64,000 nucleotides of DNA from Tilletiaria anomala UBC 951 (taxonomy: Eukaryota). Below the pieces are notes generated by a model. The model did no database searches, had not been told where the DNA came from, and saw nothing but the letters and a program-made list of their open reading frames with translations. Shown here piece after piece: positions 62,046 to 64,000 of the stretch (positions are counted from its first letter, which is position 1; each line of letters opens with the position of its first letter). The stretch covers positions 186,001 through 250,000 of the forward strand of contig NW_013547021.1 of assembly GCF_000711695.1 (NCBI RefSeq), read 5' to 3'. Position numbers and translations under genes: made by a program.

Positions 62046-64000
62046 ATGGTCGTCCTAACGAGTCGTGCGGCGACAGCAGCGGCTGCAGCTGCCGCAGCGG
62101 CTTCTAGTTCCGCAGTTGTATCTTCGGCGTCTGCTGCCTCTGTGACCCTTCGGGCAAGCAAGGTCTGTACATTGCCAAATGAGGACCGCGCCCCAAGTGG
62201 CTGGCATCCTCGCCAGTACCAGAGACGGCGAAGCTTCCATGTCGGCCGTATCGGTACAGCGCAGCCTTCGTCCTCTCGCCGACCTATGATCGAGCTCTGC
62301 TCGTCTTGCAGCAGCAAAGCCGCTGCCTCTAGCGTGCAAAGCAGGCCCTTCTCAAGCTCAGGCGTGGCATGTGCATCATCTAAAGACCTCTATTCGACCC
62401 TGGGTGTGAAGAAGGACGCAAGCACTAAAGACATCAAGGGTGCTTATTATCAATTAGCGAAAAAGTTCCACCCTGATACCAACAAAGAGCCGGGCGCAAA
62501 AGAACGCTTTGTGGAAATTCAGAATGCGTATGACGTGAGTGCAGAACCCAAGCACCGCGGCATCCCATATTCGATGGCTCATTCTTCTCTTCATTTTTAC
62601 TACAACAGGTGCTATCCGACGAAAAGAAGAAAGCAGCGTACGACCAGTACGGCTCGACTGATGGCACTTCCCCTGGGTTCAATCCATTTGGCGGTGGTGC
62701 CTCCCCATTTGGAAGTGCGGGTGGATTCGGCGGGTTCAGTCCAGGTGGAGCTGGCGGCTTTGGCGGCTTTTCGTCCGGGGATGCATCGACCATTTTCGAT
62801 TCGATCTTTGGCGCATTCGGGGGCGCTCGCACGGGCCCGAGTGGGCGAGGGACTGCTGGGTTCGGCGGTGCAGGATTCTCCGGAGGGGTAGAGCGCGGTG
62901 ATGATATTGAGACTACCATCAATATATCTTTTGAGGACGCATGCCGAGGAACTACGCGCAAAGTAACCATCACGCCTGTCGAGCGATGCGGTCCATGCGA
63001 AGGTCAAGGCCTCAAGAAGGGCGCACGGCGAAGTACCTGTGGCATATGCAACGGGACGGGCACACGGACCTTTGTCATCCAATCCGGGTTCCAGATGGCG
63101 AGCACGTGTCCTGCCTGTGGCGGGTCCGGTCACGTGGTGAACCCAGGCGACTCATGCACGGACTGCGACGGCGTAGGTCGCGTGCGGGGTCGGCGGACCG
63201 AGGAGATCCGTATCCCAGCCGGCGTCGACGATGGCACTAAGATCCGCGTCGACGGCCGTGGAGACGTACCGCTGACCGGCGCAGGTATACCAGGAAGTCT
63301 TTACATTCGCGTCAATGTCCAACCGAGCAAGATCTGGCGACGTCAAGGCAGCAACTTGTACTACTCGGCCTCGGTCCCATTCCACACCGCCGTGCTGGGT
63401 GGACGCGTGCGTGTGCCGACGCTCGACGGCGACGTTGAGGTCCGCGTTCCGCAGGGCACACAGGTCGGCGAAGAGATGCTACTCCGTGGGCGTGGCGTTC
63501 CGTTGCTCGGCCGCGCTAGGAACGCTGCGGGGAGTGCCAACGCGAAAGGAGATCTGCTCGTGCAGTTTGACGTCAAGATCCCGCGTAGCTTGACGCCTCG
63601 GCAGAGGGAGATCTTGCAGGAGTACGTGGCAGAGATAGAGGGCCGGTCCAACAGCAAGTCGCCAGCTGCGCCAAGGGCGGGGGTGACCGGAGGCTCGTCG
63701 CCACAATCGAGTGCTTCTGGTGGCAATAGCGGCAATGCAAACAAGAACACCTCAGCCTCACCGTCTCGTTCTTCACCAACGTCGTCGTCAACGTCCTCCA
63801 CCACTTCTGCTTCCTCGGGGGCGAAAGAAGAAGCAAAGGGTGCGTCTCCAGCTCAAACCTCCCCTCAGTCCAGTTCCAGTCAGCATGTAGAAGGAAGGGC
63901 GAGCGCGGAAGGAGCAAGCGTTAGAGATGGTGCTAGGGATAGCGGTGCGGCAGTTGGTGCAGGCGCCGGCACGGACAAGGCTAAAGGGTCGTCCCCTGGG
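62046..64000 (+). CDS. MDJ1: Mitochondrial type I DnaJ co-chaperone (Mdj1-like), truncated by the window end; intron ~62535-62608
   Basis: Presequence, J domain (KDLYSTLGV..YQLAKKFHPD..FVEIQNAYD), G/F-rich region, four CxxCxGxG repeats, IPAGVDDG, AVLGGRVRVPTLDG. No stop seen before 64000. Confidence 0.93.

Noticed and set aside
1..64000. tRNA, rRNA, CRISPR arrays, telomeric repeats, intact transposons
   Set aside because: None recognised by eye. A tRNAscan, Rfam or RepeatModeler run could still reveal small or degenerate elements.

Overview
Intron-rich fungal genomic DNA, most likely a smut-lineage basidiomycete (Ustilaginomycotina). This is inferred from a dynein heavy chain split in AAA4 as in Ustilago; the high intron density suggests a lineage outside Ustilaginaceae. 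About 14 apparently intact genes: complex I PSST subunit, AVT-type amino acid transporter, She3-like coiled-coil protein, PASK-like kinase, Rbg2/DRG2, CENP-T, SelO/Fmp40, CBS+PB1 protein, Ndc80, Rps27, Rpl19, dynein Dyn1, Pfa4 and Mdj1 (runs off the window). Interleaved with them are at least four decayed genes: a peroxisomal MDR oxidoreductase, a cryptochrome-DASH, an FAH-family hydrolase and one or two multi-pass membrane proteins. There is also a ~7.5 kb stretch with no recognisable gene. Most notable: the dynein break point, with a K-to-R Walker A change and a GC-AG intron; the pseudogene cluster; a long, hairpin-rich RBG2 intron that may host an H/ACA-type RNA; and a retained CENP-T with MCB elements near NDC80. 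I see no convincing wholly new system, and no rRNA, tRNA, CRISPR array or intact transposon. Family assignments come from motif recognition, not database searches.
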